DNA of 64,000 bases from an uncultured Candidatus Rokubacteria bacterium (GCA_963789955.1 CAWBMV010000030.1:1-64000), one strand, 5' to 3'. Shown: positions 9,464 to 19,583, numbered from the stretch's first letter. Translations and numbers: made by a program. The notes: a model not told the origin generated them from the sequence alone.

Positions 9464-10444
9464 CTACTCGATCATGTGATCGACCTGCAGTAGCACCGTC
9501 TGCGGCACCGTGAGGCCGAGCGCTCTCGCGGTCTTCAGATTGATCGCGAGCTCGAGCTTGGTGGGCTGCTCGACCGGGAGATCCGCGGGCTTGGCCCCCT
9601 TGAAGATCTTGTCGACGAACGTGGCCGCGCGCCGATAGTGGTCGGGGTAGTTGACGCCGTAGCTGGCGAGCCCCCCGACGAATTCCGTCGACGCGTACAT
9701 GGCAGGCAGCCGGTGCTTGGCCGCAAGCTCCACGATGAGCGGCGCGTTCGCCAGGGTAAGCGTCTCGAGCCCGACGACGAGCGCATCGGCGCGCTGTCGG
9801 GTGGCCATGTCGAATGCCGGTCTCAGATCTTCAACCTTGCGCACATCGAGCAGGTGAGCCTGAAGACCGAGAGCGCGTGCCGCCGTTTCCACCTCGAGCC
9901 ACTGACGGGGGATCGCCGGATTGCTCATGTTGAAGAGCACCGCGATCCGCGTGGCCCGTGGCACGAGCTCGCTCAGCAGCTCGACCCGCTTGGGATATAT
10001 CTCGGTTACAGTCGCGCTCAGGCCCGTGATGTTCCCGCCGGGGCGGGCCAGACTCGCGACGATGCCTTGCCCGATCGGATCACCCACGCCGGTGATGACC
10101 ACCGGGATCCCCCCGGCGGTGGCATGCTTGGCCGCCAGGGCCGCGGGTGTCCCTCGCGTCAAGATCAGGTCGACCTTGAGGGCGACCAGCTCGGCCGCCA
10201 GATCGCGAAACCGTTCGTCACGTCCATTGGCCGAGCGGTACTCGATGGCGAGATTTTTCCCCTCGACGTATCCCAGCGTCCGCAGTCCTTGCCGCAATGC
10301 TTCCAGGTTCGCCGCATTGACCGCGGCGGGTGTCCGCTCGAGCATGCCGATGCGATAGACCTTGTCCGGCGCCTGCGCCTCGACCGCCATCGGCGCCACG
10401 CTGGCGCCGATCGCACAAATGACCGCGAGCCCAATTAGTCGCAT
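9464..10444 (-). CDS. ABC transporter substrate-binding protein (ABC_sub_bind type), stand-alone
   Basis: MRLIGLA signal; GYVEGKNL, SLARPGGNITG, GAKPADLPVEQPTK; paralogue of 990-1958. Confidence 0.92.
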   Translation of the reverse strand: MRLIGLAVICAIGASVAPMAVEAQAPDKVYRIGMLERTPAAVNAANLEALRQGLRTLGYVEGKNLAIEYRSANGRDERFRDLAAELVALKVDLILTRGTPAALAAKHATAGGIPVVITGVGDPIGQGIVASLARPGGNITGLSATVTEIYPKRVELLSELVPRATRIAVLFNMSNPAIPRQWLEVETAARALGLQAHLLDVRKVEDLRPAFDMATRQRADALVVGLETLTLANAPLIVELAAKHRLPAMYASTEFVGGLASYGVNYPDHYRRAATFVDKIFKGAKPADLPVEQPTKLELAINLKTARALGLTVPQTVLLQVDHMIE

Positions 10445-10766
10445 GCGTACCTCGTTCTAGGGGTTCGCCCGATGTTCAGGTGCAAAGCCCCACGCACTCG
10501 GCATGCCAGAGCGCGTTGCGAACACGTCGGCAGGGTTTCCGCGTGCTTGCAAAGCGGCGGCGTCGCGTGTTGCGTGTCAATTGCGGAATCGCGCCTCGGA
10601 AAATTCGGGCGAAATTCCCGAACGCGAGCCCGTTTGCCGGACTCGCGTGGCCGATGGATGAAGTCCGAAGGAGCGTCGACCTAGTGCTCGAACCCCTGAG
10701 CGCGTAGACGCTCTTCCAACAGGCCCGGCGAGAGGCGGGCGACGTCAGCCTCGCGGCATCGATCGT

Positions 10767-11189
10767 CTAGCTCAGGGGCTTGGTCATGAAGACGCGGCTC
10801 GTACCCGGAGGCTCACAGGCGATCGTTCCGAACGCGCGGTAGCCATGTCGCTCGTAGAAGCCGGGAGCCTGGAAGCTGATCGTGTAGAGCACCGCGGCCG
10901 AACATCCTCGGCGCCGCGCCTCGTCCTCCGCGACGGCCAGGACCCGGCCCCAGCCGCTGGCCGCGCAGCGCGTCCGGCACATAGAAGAGGTCGACGAACA
11001 GAATACCGAGCGACGTGCGCCCGAGCAGGCCGCCGACCACCTGCTGGGTCGCCGGATCGGACATCAGCACGGCCAGATCACGTGAGTCCGAATAGCCGGC
11101 CTGCTCGGCGTTGAACTTGGCGAGACCGGAGCGATGACTCGCTGCTGCTCCGCGCTCGGCGCGTCGGTGAGCGTGAGAACCGCGTCCAT
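10767..11189 (-). CDS. GNAT family N-acetyltransferase (two apparent frameshifts)
   Basis: Fragments join as MDAVLTLTDAP..GLAKFNAEQAG..VVGGLLGRT..VDLFYVPDALRG..G..LAVAEDEARRRG..TISFQAPGFYERHGY; start overlaps upstream stop. Confidence 0.75.
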
Positions 11190-11449
11190 CAGCCGATTCG
11201 CTCCGCTCGGGTGACGTCGAGCGGATGATCGATCAGCGGCGCGACGCGCTCCAGGAAGTGCAGGGTATGCGGCATGGCGGCGTGGATCTCGAACGCCGCC
11301 TCGTCCTTCCAGCGCGAGTGGATGTAGAACAGCTGGGGATCGCGGATCGAGCGAAAGGCACCGATCCCAACCACGTCTCGCAACGCCTTCTCCACGGCGC
11401 TCTCGTGGCCGGGATGCGCATGGAATCGCGCGAAGATGAACAGCTCCAT
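11189..11449 (-). CDS. Antibiotic biosynthesis monooxygenase (ABM) family protein
   Basis: ARFHAHPG, FYIHSRWKDEAAFEIHAAMPHT; GGAG RBS. Confidence 0.8.
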   Translation of the reverse strand: MELFIFARFHAHPGHESAVEKALRDVVGIGAFRSIRDPQLFYIHSRWKDEAAFEIHAAMPHTLHFLERVAPLIDHPLDVTRAERIG

Positions 11450-11471
11450 GTGGCGTCTCCTGGCCGGGAGT

Positions 11472-14058
11472 CTAGCGCGCGCGCGCCGGCGCTGCCGCAC
11501 TCTTCGGGAGGGACTGCCGGGTGCGCCAGTATGCCGCCCAGGGATCCGCGGTGAGCCCGGCCAGCCGCTTTGGCACGTTCGCGATCGTGAAATGATCCGA
11601 CGTGATCCTGGTCGACAGCTCGTCCCAGGTGAGCGGCACGGACATCGTCGCTTGCGGCGTGGCGCGCGTGGAGTACGCGGCCACGCTCGTGGCCCCGCGG
11701 ATATTGCGCAGATAGTCGATGAAGATCTTGCCCCTGCGCTCCGCCTTCGCCATGCTCGTGATGTAGCGTCGGGGATTGGCGCCCGCGACGGTCTCGGCGA
11801 CGGCGCGCGCGAACGCGCTGGTCTCGTCCCAGCTCGGTCCCGGCACGAGCGGCGCCACGACGTGCAGGCCCTTGCCGCCGGTGGTCTTCACGAAGCTTTC
11901 GAGCTCGAGCGAGCGGAGCGAGTCACGGATGAGTCGGGCGCACTCGATGACCTGCGCCCACTCGACACCGGGCCCCGGATCGAGATCGAACACGACCCGG
12001 TCCGGCTGCTCGAGACGCTTCACGACCGAGTTCCACGTGTGGATCTCGAGGATCCCGATCTGGACCAGGCCGATGAGCGACGCCAGCGAGTCGACCACCA
12101 GATATTCTCCGACCTTGCGCTTCTCCTGAATCTTGACTCGTCGCAAGCTCTCTGGCGCCCAGTAGCCGACGTGCTTCTGGTAGAAGCACGTCTTGTGCGC
12201 GCCCTCCGGACAGCGCACGAGGGTGGTGGGGCGATCCTCGAGGTGCGGGAGGATCCACTTGGCGATCGACTCGTAGAACCGCGCCAGGTCGAGCTTGGTC
12301 GTGCCATGCGGCGGAAAGAGGATCCTGTCGGCGTGCGTGAGCCGGACGCCGGCGACGGTCGCCTCGCCGGTGGTCTTCGCCGACGAAGTGGGCCGAGGCG
12401 CCCGCGCGGCGCGCTTGGGCGTTGGCTTCGACGTTTCTTTCACCTCGTCGTCGGCGGCCGCGGGGCGCTCCCGGATTACCGAGTCGGCGGGCTTGTCTTC
12501 CCGAAGGCCCTGGAACGCCGGGTGTCGCAGCTTGCCGTCGCTGGTCCATTCGCTGAAGCTGACCTGCCCCACGAGCTCCGGCTTCACCCAGTGCGCGCGC
12601 GCGGCGCCGGCCGGCCGCGCGGCGAACGGGCTGGTCTTCTGCTCGAGGCGAGACAGACGCTGCTGCAGATCGCGGAGGGTCCGATTGTCGAATCCGGTCC
12701 CGATCTTGCCGACGTACACGAGGCGGCCGCTTTCGTAGACCCCGCCGAGCAGCGCGCCGATCCCGATCCGGGAGCCTTCGGGCTCGGTGTAGCCGCCGAT
12801 CACGATCTCTTGCTGCTTGAGACACTTGACCTTGAGCCAGTCGGCGCCGCGCGTGCCGCGGTAGGGCGCGTCGCGCTTCTTCGACACGATCCCTTCCAGC
12901 CCGAGTTTGCACGCGTGCGCGAAGAAGTCGGCGCCCGCGCCGACGACGTGATCGCTGTAGCGCAGCACGGCGGCCCTGTCGCTGCCCGAGGCGAGCAGGC
13001 GAGCGAGTGCCGCCTTGCGGTCTTCCAGGCGCGCGCCGGTGAGGTCGCGACCGTCGAGGTAGAGCAGATCGAAGATCATGTACGCGAGCTGGCCGCGTGC
13101 GGTGCTCGAGCCGAAATTCTGAAGCGCCTGAAAGCTACTGGTGCCGTCGGGCAACAGCACGGTGACCTCTCCGTCGAGAATCGCCCCTTCGACGGGAAGC
13201 CGCCCAACCGCCTCCGCGACGGCCGGGAACTTCTCGGTCCAGTCGTGCGCGTTACGGCTGAAGAGCTTGGCACGACGGTGCTCGACCCGCGCGAGGATGC
13301 GATAGCCGTCGTGCTTCAGCTCGTGCAGCCAGCCGTCACCGTCCGGTGGGTGCTCGACGAGGGTTGCGAGCTGGGGCTGCACGAACTTGGGCATGGCGGC
13401 CCGGCGCGCGCCCGGCACCTCGGCCGGGTCGGGGCTCGCGCTCTCGCCGCCGATCACGATTGGAGTGCCAGACACGGTCTCCGGCGGCGGCGATCTCCTC
13501 GATCGTGCGGCCGGTCGCAACGCTCTTCGGCTCACTCTCGACGATCGAACCGGCCTGGCCCGGCCGCGCTTGTTGGTCGCGCTCCTTGATGAGCAGCCAG
13601 CTCCGGTCGTCTCCGTCCTTTCGACGCCCGCCGATCTTCACGAGCGCCCAGCCCCCGCGCAGCTTCTTGCCCTTCAACGTGAACTTCAGCGAGCCGGCGC
13701 GATACGACTTGTGCGGATCCCCGACCGGTTCCCAGGTGCCGCGATCCCACAGGAGCACCGTGCCTCCACCGTACTGCCCCTTCGGAATGATGCCCTCGAA
13801 CTCTCCGTACTCGAGCGGGTGATCCTCGACGTGCATCGCCAGACGCTTGTCGGCAGGATCCAGGCTGGGTCCCTTCGGTACCGCCCAGCTCTTCAGGACA
13901 CCTTCGAGCTCGAGCCGGAAGTCGTAGTGCAGGCGCGACGCCGCGTGCTTCTGGATCAGGTACGAGCGCTCGTGCTCGCCCGGGGCTTCCGAGACCTGGC
14001 CGGCGGGCTCCGGTGTCTTCTTGAAGTCGCGCTTGCGTCGGTACTCGCGAAGCCCCAT
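11472..14058 (-). CDS. ligD: DNA ligase D (phosphoesterase-ligase-polymerase), one apparent +1 indel near 13450
   Basis: N-terminal QKHAASRLHYDFRLE PE domain (ORF 13336-14058); ELKHDGYR ligase motif I, EGIVSKK; polymerase FDLDP, KTTGGKGLHV, FIDYLRN (ORF 11472-13535); joined length 3n+1. Confidence 0.93.
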
Positions 14059-14138
14059 GGGTTCATCTTTCCACGGGCGTGGGCGACCGTCCACTCTCGC
14101 GCCGCGTGCGGGCACGTCCCTTGCTACCTCCGGAGATC

Positions 14139-14648
14139 ATGACCACGAAGATCGTGAGTACCGGGGTGAGTAGCGGCAACGTGGCGCGCGGAGCGATCGT
14201 CGGCCTGGTCGGAGGCTTGCTGGCAGCCGGCGCAATGAGTGTGGCCCATCGCGTCCTGAGCGATCTCGATCCCAAGGCTGAGGCGCCGTCGCCCAAGTCC
14301 GAAGACCCCACCATCAAGGTCGCTCGCGCGGCCACCAGCCTCGCCGGCTACACGCTCGCCGAGCACCAGCAACCGCGCGCTGGAACGGCCGTCCACTACG
14401 CGTTCGGCGCGGTCGTCGGCGCCGCCTACGGCGCCATCGCGGAGATCACCCCGATAGTGACGGCGGCCTTCGGTGTGCCCTTCGGCATTGGGGTCTGGTT
14501 TGGCGCCCACGTCGTCGCCGTTCCGGCGATGGGTCTCAGCGATCCGCCGACCCGGCAGCCCGTCGGCAAGGAGGCAGAAGAATTCGGCTTGCACGTGGTC
14601 TATGGCGCGGTGACGGAAATCGTTCGTCGTCTCCTGAATCGACGGTAG
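14139..14648 (+). CDS. DUF1440-like membrane protein
   Basis: GLVGGLLA, VHYAFGAVVGAAYG, PAMGL, HVVYG; GGAG RBS. Confidence 0.78.
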   Translation: MTTKIVSTGVSSGNVARGAIVGLVGGLLAAGAMSVAHRVLSDLDPKAEAPSPKSEDPTIKVARAATSLAGYTLAEHQQPRAGTAVHYAFGAVVGAAYGAIAEITPIVTAAFGVPFGIGVWFGAHVVAVPAMGLSDPPTRQPVGKEAEEFGLHVVYGAVTEIVRRLLNRR

Positions 14649-14663
14649 CTCCCGGAGGGAATC

Positions 14664-14918
14664 ATGGCCGTCCTTGGATGGATTGTGTTCGGTCTGATCG
14701 TCGGAATCGTCGCGAAGTTCCTGACGCCGGGGCGAGACCCGGGCGGTTTCATCGTCACCATCCTTCTGGGTATTGCCGGTGCGCTGCTGGGAGGATTTCT
14801 CGGCCGCGCGGCGGGCTGGTATCACGAAGGCGATCCGGTCGGATTTGTCATGGCCGTCGTGGGCTCGATCGTGCTGCTGGTTCTCTATCGGCTGGTGGCG
14901 AGACCCCGCCGCGCGTGA
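14664..14918 (+). CDS. GlsB/YeaQ/YmgE family stress-response membrane protein
   Basis: WIVFGLIVGIVAKFLTPGRDPGG..TILLGIAGALLGG..AVVGSIVLL; GGAGG RBS. Confidence 0.9.
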   Translation: MAVLGWIVFGLIVGIVAKFLTPGRDPGGFIVTILLGIAGALLGGFLGRAAGWYHEGDPVGFVMAVVGSIVLLVLYRLVARPRRA

Positions 14919-15005
14919 TCGCGGGCGCGACGGTCATCGGAAGCATTTACACGGTAGGTCTTACCTGGGCGACGCGCCGACTCGGGCCGTCGCGTCGCCG
15001 AGACG

Positions 15006-15529
15006 CTAGGGACGAGGCATGCCCACGGCGCGGAGCATGTCGGGCGTGAAGTGTTCGTAGTACGACGAGCCCAGGAGCGAGTCCGAGCCGTTCTTCAGGA
15101 GCCGGCGGCTGAGGATCTGGAAGCTCGGATAGGGCGACCGGCGCGTGTAGACCCCTCCGACCGAGAAGTGACTCTCGGGGTGAGCCTCGAACGCCTGGAA
15201 CTCTCGCAACTCGCCGGTAGCAAGGCGCTCGTTGAGGCGTTGGACGAAGGCCTCGAGATCCCGTACGCCTTCCGCGCGATCGGGGTGGACGACGAAAAGT
15301 GTTTCGATGGTGCCGCTTCGAGCCTGCCGCGCGAAATCCCGCACGAGGACCATGATCTCGCCGTCGGCATCGAGAGAGTCATAATGGTGTCCTTCAAGCG
15401 AGCGGCTTTCGCGAATGGACAGACCGGAAGCCCTCCGAAAACGTCGTGGGGCTGCTCGATGAATTCCTGCGACCACTTCACGACGGCCGTGACAACGTGA
15501 GCATGCGGTTCGGCAGAAACGAGCGACAC
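15006..15529 (-). CDS. Hypothetical protein (W..FIE.PH..FGGLPVCPFA motif, DUF1415-like), apparent frameshift near 15380
   Basis: GTG 2 nt after the ku stop; N-terminal part in ORF 15095-15748 frame, C-terminal part (LFVVHPD..FEAHP..TRRSPYP..YY) in ORF 15006-15476 frame. Confidence 0.6.
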
Positions 15530-15531
15530 GG

Positions 15532-16365
15532 CTATGCCGCCCGATGCCGGCGCGCCCGTGTCGGTTTTCGCGACGCGACGTGTTGCCGCGGTCGCTCCTT
15601 GAGGCTGCGCTTGAGCGCCTCCATGAGATCGGTCACGCGGGCCGGCGCCGGCAGCTCCGTCGGGCTCGGCTCTTTGCCCTTGATCTTGGCCTCGATCACG
15701 CGGCGCAAAGCCTCCGAGTAGGTGTCGCGATAGTCGGCGGGATCCCACTCGCCGCTCAGCGTGTCGACCAGCTGACGCGCCAGCTTCATCTCCGACTCGC
15801 TCCAGCCTTTGCCGGATGCGGGAAGGCCGAGGTCTTTCACCTGGCGGATCTCGTGAGCGAACCGCATCGTCGTGAGCACGAGCGCGTTGTCGGCCGGCTC
15901 GAGCGCCGCGAGATGCTCGCGCTGGCGAAGGACGATCGTCCCGATCGCCAGCTTTCCCGTGGCCCGCAGCGCGTCGCGGAGCAGAGCATAGCCCTTCACC
16001 GCCGAGCGCCCTTGCGGCGTCACGTAGTAGGGATAGTTGAAGTACAGATCCTCGACGTCAGCCGCCGGCACGAACTTGCGAATCTCGAACGTCTGCGTGG
16101 CGGGCACGCGGACCTTCTCGAAGTCCTCGTCCGTGATGACGACGTACTGGTCCTTCGCGTACTGGTAGCCCTTGACGATGTCCTTCCAGGCGACCTCGAC
16201 GTCTTCTTTCTTGCAGAACCGTTTCTCGATGATCCGGCTCTTGTCTTTCCGGTGCAGGAGATTGAAGGCCAGCGCTTCGCCGGCCTCGGTCGCGGACACG
16301 AGATTGATTGGCAGCGTCACGAGGCCAAAGCTGATCGAACCCTTCCAGAGCGCGCGAGGTGGCAT
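15532..16365 (-). CDS. ku: Ku protein, non-homologous end joining
   Basis: RALWKGSISFGLV, IVKGYQY, PYY, YALLRDAL, YRDTY, DLMEALKRSL; basic tail. Confidence 0.96.
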   Translation of the reverse strand: MPPRALWKGSISFGLVTLPINLVSATEAGEALAFNLLHRKDKSRIIEKRFCKKEDVEVAWKDIVKGYQYAKDQYVVITDEDFEKVRVPATQTFEIRKFVPAADVEDLYFNYPYYVTPQGRSAVKGYALLRDALRATGKLAIGTIVLRQREHLAALEPADNALVLTTMRFAHEIRQVKDLGLPASGKGWSESEMKLARQLVDTLSGEWDPADYRDTYSEALRRVIEAKIKGKEPSPTELPAPARVTDLMEALKRSLKERPRQHVASRKPTRARRHRAA

Positions 16366-16376
16366 GACTCGACCCT

Positions 16377-16511
16377 TCAGGCCTCGTCGGCCTCTCGTGC
16401 TTGTTCTTCGGTGTGCTGCTCGATGCGCCAGCGCCGGCGATCGCGTGAGCTGAGGATCTCTTCGGACGTGGGCGCAGGCTGAGGTTTTTTCCCGGGCCGA
16501 CGCTTCTTCAC
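16377..16511 (-). CDS. Putative 44-aa micro-protein between DUF4142 and ku
   Basis: GTG overlaps the DUF4142 stop (GTGA); MKKRRPGKKPQPAPTSEEILSSRDRRRWRIEQHTEEQAREADEA; fills the gap, stopping 11 nt before the ku ATG. Confidence 0.5.
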   Translation of the reverse strand: MKKRRPGKKPQPAPTSEEILSSRDRRRWRIEQHTEEQAREADEA

Positions 16512-17044
16512 TTCTTCGCCATCTGCGCCTGGATGCCCTCGATCGTCTTGAGGTGGTCTTCGAGGGTCGGCAGGGTCTTGTCCACCCAGGCTTTCAGATT
16601 CGGATCCACCGCGCCGGAGTGCATACGCCGGAATTCGGCGACGTCCTGCTTGTGGTCCTTGACCATGGCTTTGACATACTCGCGGTCGAACTCCGGGCCC
16701 TCGAGCTTTGCGAGTCGTGTCAGCAGTCGGTCGGGCTTCGGGGTCTTGTCGTCGAGCTGCATACCCTTGTTCTCCGCCAGCTGCATCAGCTCTTGGTTGG
16801 CGGCGCCATGGTCTTCGGCCATGCGTTGCCCGAATTGCTTGACCGCGTCGCTGGACGCTTTCCCTTGTGCGAGCTGACCGAGCTCGACCTCTGCGCGCCC
16901 GCCCGCGGCCGCCTTCGTGATGAAGTTACGGTCGGTCCACTGTGGCTTCAAGCTCGTCGGTGTCTGCTGGGCCCCCAGCCCCGACGCGAGCGTCAAGAGA
17001 CCCAACCCGGCGATCAGCGCGATCATCGATCGCGTCGCTTTCAT
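16508..17044 (-). CDS. DUF4142 domain exported protein (ferritin-like)
   Basis: Signal peptide; DRNFITKAA..EVELGQLA..VKQFGQRMAEDH..FDREYVKAMVKDH..TLPTLEDHL; GGAGG RBS. Confidence 0.92.
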   Translation of the reverse strand: MKATRSMIALIAGLGLLTLASGLGAQQTPTSLKPQWTDRNFITKAAAGGRAEVELGQLAQGKASSDAVKQFGQRMAEDHGAANQELMQLAENKGMQLDDKTPKPDRLLTRLAKLEGPEFDREYVKAMVKDHKQDVAEFRRMHSGAVDPNLKAWVDKTLPTLEDHLKTIEGIQAQMAKK

Positions 17045-17116
17045 CGCTTCCCTCCGAAATGCATCGGACCCTTCGTCGTAAAGGTCGTCGCACTGGCGGC
17101 TCCCGCATTCGATGCG

Positions 17117-17132
17117 AGCAAGGCAACTGCCA
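17117..17132 (-). promoter_or_regulatory. Putative sigma-54 promoter for the DUF4142-ku operon
   Basis: Minus strand TGGCAG-TTGCC-TTGCT, 72 nt upstream of the ATG. Confidence 0.65.
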
Positions 17133-17163
17133 AAAGCACACCTCATGGAAAAGGTGGAGGTGT

Positions 17164-17304
17164 GTGAGCCGCGTGACACTGCGCGAGGCGGTGAGCGCGG
17201 GTGAGAGTTACACGCGGAGTGAAGAAAAGGGCGAGGACCACCTGCATCGAATCCAGGAGGAAGCGCAGGCGGTGATAGCCCGCGCACTGGGCGCGCGGAA
17301 GTGA
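17164..17304 (+). CDS. Putative 46-aa micro-protein
   Basis: GGAGG RBS before GTG; MSRVTLREAVSAGESYTRSEEKGEDHLHRIQEEAQAVIARALGARK. Confidence 0.45.
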   Translation: MSRVTLREAVSAGESYTRSEEKGEDHLHRIQEEAQAVIARALGARK

Positions 17305-17359
17305 TCGCAACGACGCCGGGCACGGTGCCCGGCATCGCTCATCTCGCACGGCAGACGCG

Positions 17360-17800
17360 TTACGGTTTCAGCTGACCGCGGACCTCGCCGCCCTGATGCT
17401 GGGCGCTGTGCACGTTGACGTACAGATCGCCGGCCTTGAATGCCGCGTACTGCGCGTCGGTCAGCTTCACCCCGGGCGGGACCGCCCAAGTGTTCTCACC
17501 GTTCTTGCTCAGTGGCACCACGACGGGGCCGTTCTTGCCGGTCGCGCCATTGTGAATGTGCGCCATCGTTCCGGTCACACCGGTCGTCATCACGCTTCCA
17601 GTCACGGTCTTGTCGTCGCCGATCGAGATCGTGCCGCTCCCGGCGCCCGATGAGGTCACGGGCGGCACCTCCTGGCCTCCGCTCAACATGACCTTGACGT
17701 CCTCAGCTTGGGCCGAGAACGGATACCAGGTCACGAGCACGGCGGCGCCGAGGGCGACCACTACCAGAGAGCGCCTTGTGGTCCGAGACATCGCATTCAT
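17360..17800 (-). CDS. CHRD domain exported protein
   Basis: LSGGQEVPPV, MAHIHNG..NGPVVVPL, LYVNVHS..GEVRGQL; GGAG RBS. Confidence 0.93.
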   Translation of the reverse strand: MNAMSRTTRRSLVVVALGAAVLVTWYPFSAQAEDVKVMLSGGQEVPPVTSSGAGSGTISIGDDKTVTGSVMTTGVTGTMAHIHNGATGKNGPVVVPLSKNGENTWAVPPGVKLTDAQYAAFKAGDLYVNVHSAQHQGGEVRGQLKP

Positions 17801-17870
17801 CGTTTTCTCCAGGGGCCCATCAAGTTGTTCGGCGCAAAAAGTGTTCCGCGCAAACCGGGCCCATACACAC

Positions 17871-17886
17871 AGCATCGGTTGTGCCA
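17871..17886 (-). promoter_or_regulatory. Putative sigma-54 promoter for the CHRD gene
   Basis: Minus strand TGGCAC-AACCG-ATGCT, 70 nt upstream of the ATG. Confidence 0.6.
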
Positions 17887-17992
17887 CACCCTAAGCTCAC
17901 GAGTTCTCAAGCGTCTGGTCTCGGCGCCCACGGGCGGCACGTAAAAACGTCGAGTAAGAACTGCCGGCTCGGGCGGATCGGCGAGGCCAGCA

Positions 17993-18220
17993 TCACCAGC
18001 CGTAGCCTCGCCCATAGTATGGGCGCCCGTAGTAGGGGCGATAGTAGCCGTACCCGTACACGGGTCTGGGGACGAAGACGGGTCGAGGCGCCACGATCAC
18101 GGGTGGGGTAGCCACCACGGGACCGGGGGCCGGCACGAGGACACAGCCCGAAACGGCGACGGCGACGACGCTCACGAAAAACAGCGAAGCGGCCAAGCGG
18201 CCGAGTCTGATGCGAGCCAT
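17993..18220 (-). CDS. Small Pro/Tyr/Gly-rich putative lipoprotein
   Basis: GGAGG RBS; signal with lipobox VSGC; PxPV-like segment then YGYGYYRPYYGRPYYGRGYGW. Confidence 0.75.
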   Translation of the reverse strand: MARIRLGRLAASLFFVSVVAVAVSGCVLVPAPGPVVATPPVIVAPRPVFVPRPVYGYGYYRPYYGRPYYGRGYGW

Positions 18221-18295
18221 GTAAGCCCTCCCGCCGCATTAGACGTGGTCGGGAGTGGGTGTATTTCAGGGTGGGCGGCGACGCGGGACCCGCGA

Positions 18296-18799
18296 TCAAA
18301 GGAGATCGCGAACCATCCGGAGCATATCGACCGCGGGCGAATGCGGCAGGGATCTACGCACGCCGCCGTTCCGGAAGCCGCACCGAGCATACAGCGCGAT
18401 GGCCGACGCATTTGTCGCGGTGACCCAGAGGCAGAGGCCTTCAGCCCCGCGCTCTCGAGCCCAGCCGACGACCGCGTCGACGAGCGCGGCACCGACGCCG
18501 CGGCCGCGCGCCTCGGGGCCGACGAACATTCCGACGAGCACCGGCCTTGGATCGTCGGGCGCATCGGGGTCTACGGGCAGACCGGTGGCGATCCCCACCC
18601 ACTGACCCTCGAGCTCGGCCACGAACGTGACGGCCTCGGCGCCAGAGGCACCGCGCCGCGCCCGCTCTTGCCAGGCATCGTCTGTGAACGCCGCTTCTCG
18701 CGTCAAGGTCGAGCCAAACGCGAGGGGTGCATCAGCCAGGGCGTGGAGGCGAAGCGCGCGCAGGCGCGGTCCTTCGTCGGGGCGGATTCGCCGGATCAT
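18296..18799 (-). CDS. GNAT family N-acetyltransferase
   Basis: LRLHALADAPLAF, GMFVGPEARGRGVG, NASAIALYARCGF. Confidence 0.9.
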   Translation of the reverse strand: MIRRIRPDEGPRLRALRLHALADAPLAFGSTLTREAAFTDDAWQERARRGASGAEAVTFVAELEGQWVGIATGLPVDPDAPDDPRPVLVGMFVGPEARGRGVGAALVDAVVGWARERGAEGLCLWVTATNASAIALYARCGFRNGGVRRSLPHSPAVDMLRMVRDLL

Positions 18800-18832
18800 C
18801 GGAATTTCGTCGGAGCGCTCGATCGGCCCACG

Positions 18833-19583
18833 TCACGGCATGAAGGAGCCGCCGTTCACGTGCACAGTCTGGCCCGTGACGTGCCCCGCTTCCTCGCTCG
18901 CGAGGAATACGGCGATCCCGGCGATGTCGTCCGGCTGCGCCATGCGCCCGAGCGGCACCGCCAGGGCCATCACGGCGAGCTCGTCCTCGGTGTTGCCGTA
19001 GCGAGGCTGCGCCGTATCGGTGAGCCCGGGCGCGATTGCGTTGACACGAATCCCGTGAGGCGCCAGCTCGAGCGCCATCGCCCGGGTCATCGCGACGACG
19101 CCACCCTTGCTGGCCGAATAGTGGACACCGCGGACCGCGCCGCGGATCGCCTGCGAGGCCATGTTGATGACCGAGCCGCGCCGATGTCCCGCGATCATCG
19201 CGCGCGCCGCGGCCTGGGCGCAGAAGAATCCGCCCTTCAGATTGACGTCGAGCACCAGGTCCCAGTCGCTCTCGCGCATGTCGAGAAACGGCACGCGCGG
19301 GATAGACGCCGGCGTTGTTGACGAGCACGTCGAGCCCGCCGAGCTCGCCGACGATCTGGGTGACCATCGTCTGGGCGCCCGCCGGCCGCGCCACGTCGGC
19401 CTGGACGAGCACGGCGCGCCGGCCGGCCCCGCGGATCTCCTGGAGAAGCTTTTCGGCCGCGGCGCGATCGTCGAGGTAGTTCACGCCGACGTCGGCGCCT
19501 TCCCGGGCGAATGCCAGAGCGATCGCGCGCCCGATTCCTTGCTGGGCGCCGGTTACCAGCGCCACCTTCCCGCTGAGCCTCAT
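18833..19583 (-). CDS. SDR family oxidoreductase (FabG-like), apparent frameshift near 19300
   Basis: TGAQQGIG and NNAG in the first frame; YSASK and NAIAPG in the second; GGAGG RBS. Confidence 0.88.

Noticed and set aside
10445..10766. Possible structured ncRNA/riboswitch upstream of the ABC-SBP gene
   Set aside because: Only short inverted repeats (TTCGGG...CCCGAA) and a weak sigma-54-like motif; no recognisable riboswitch consensus.
11436..13589. Long antisense ORFs (this 717-aa one; also 46935-48524, 51140-52906, 53206-54996)
   Set aside because: Typical high-GC shadows of well-identified genes, with no motifs.
11472..14058. LigD naturally split into separate PE and ligase-polymerase genes
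   Set aside because: A single extra base in the linker restores a standard three-domain LigD; similar indels are pervasive. Not fully excluded without reads.
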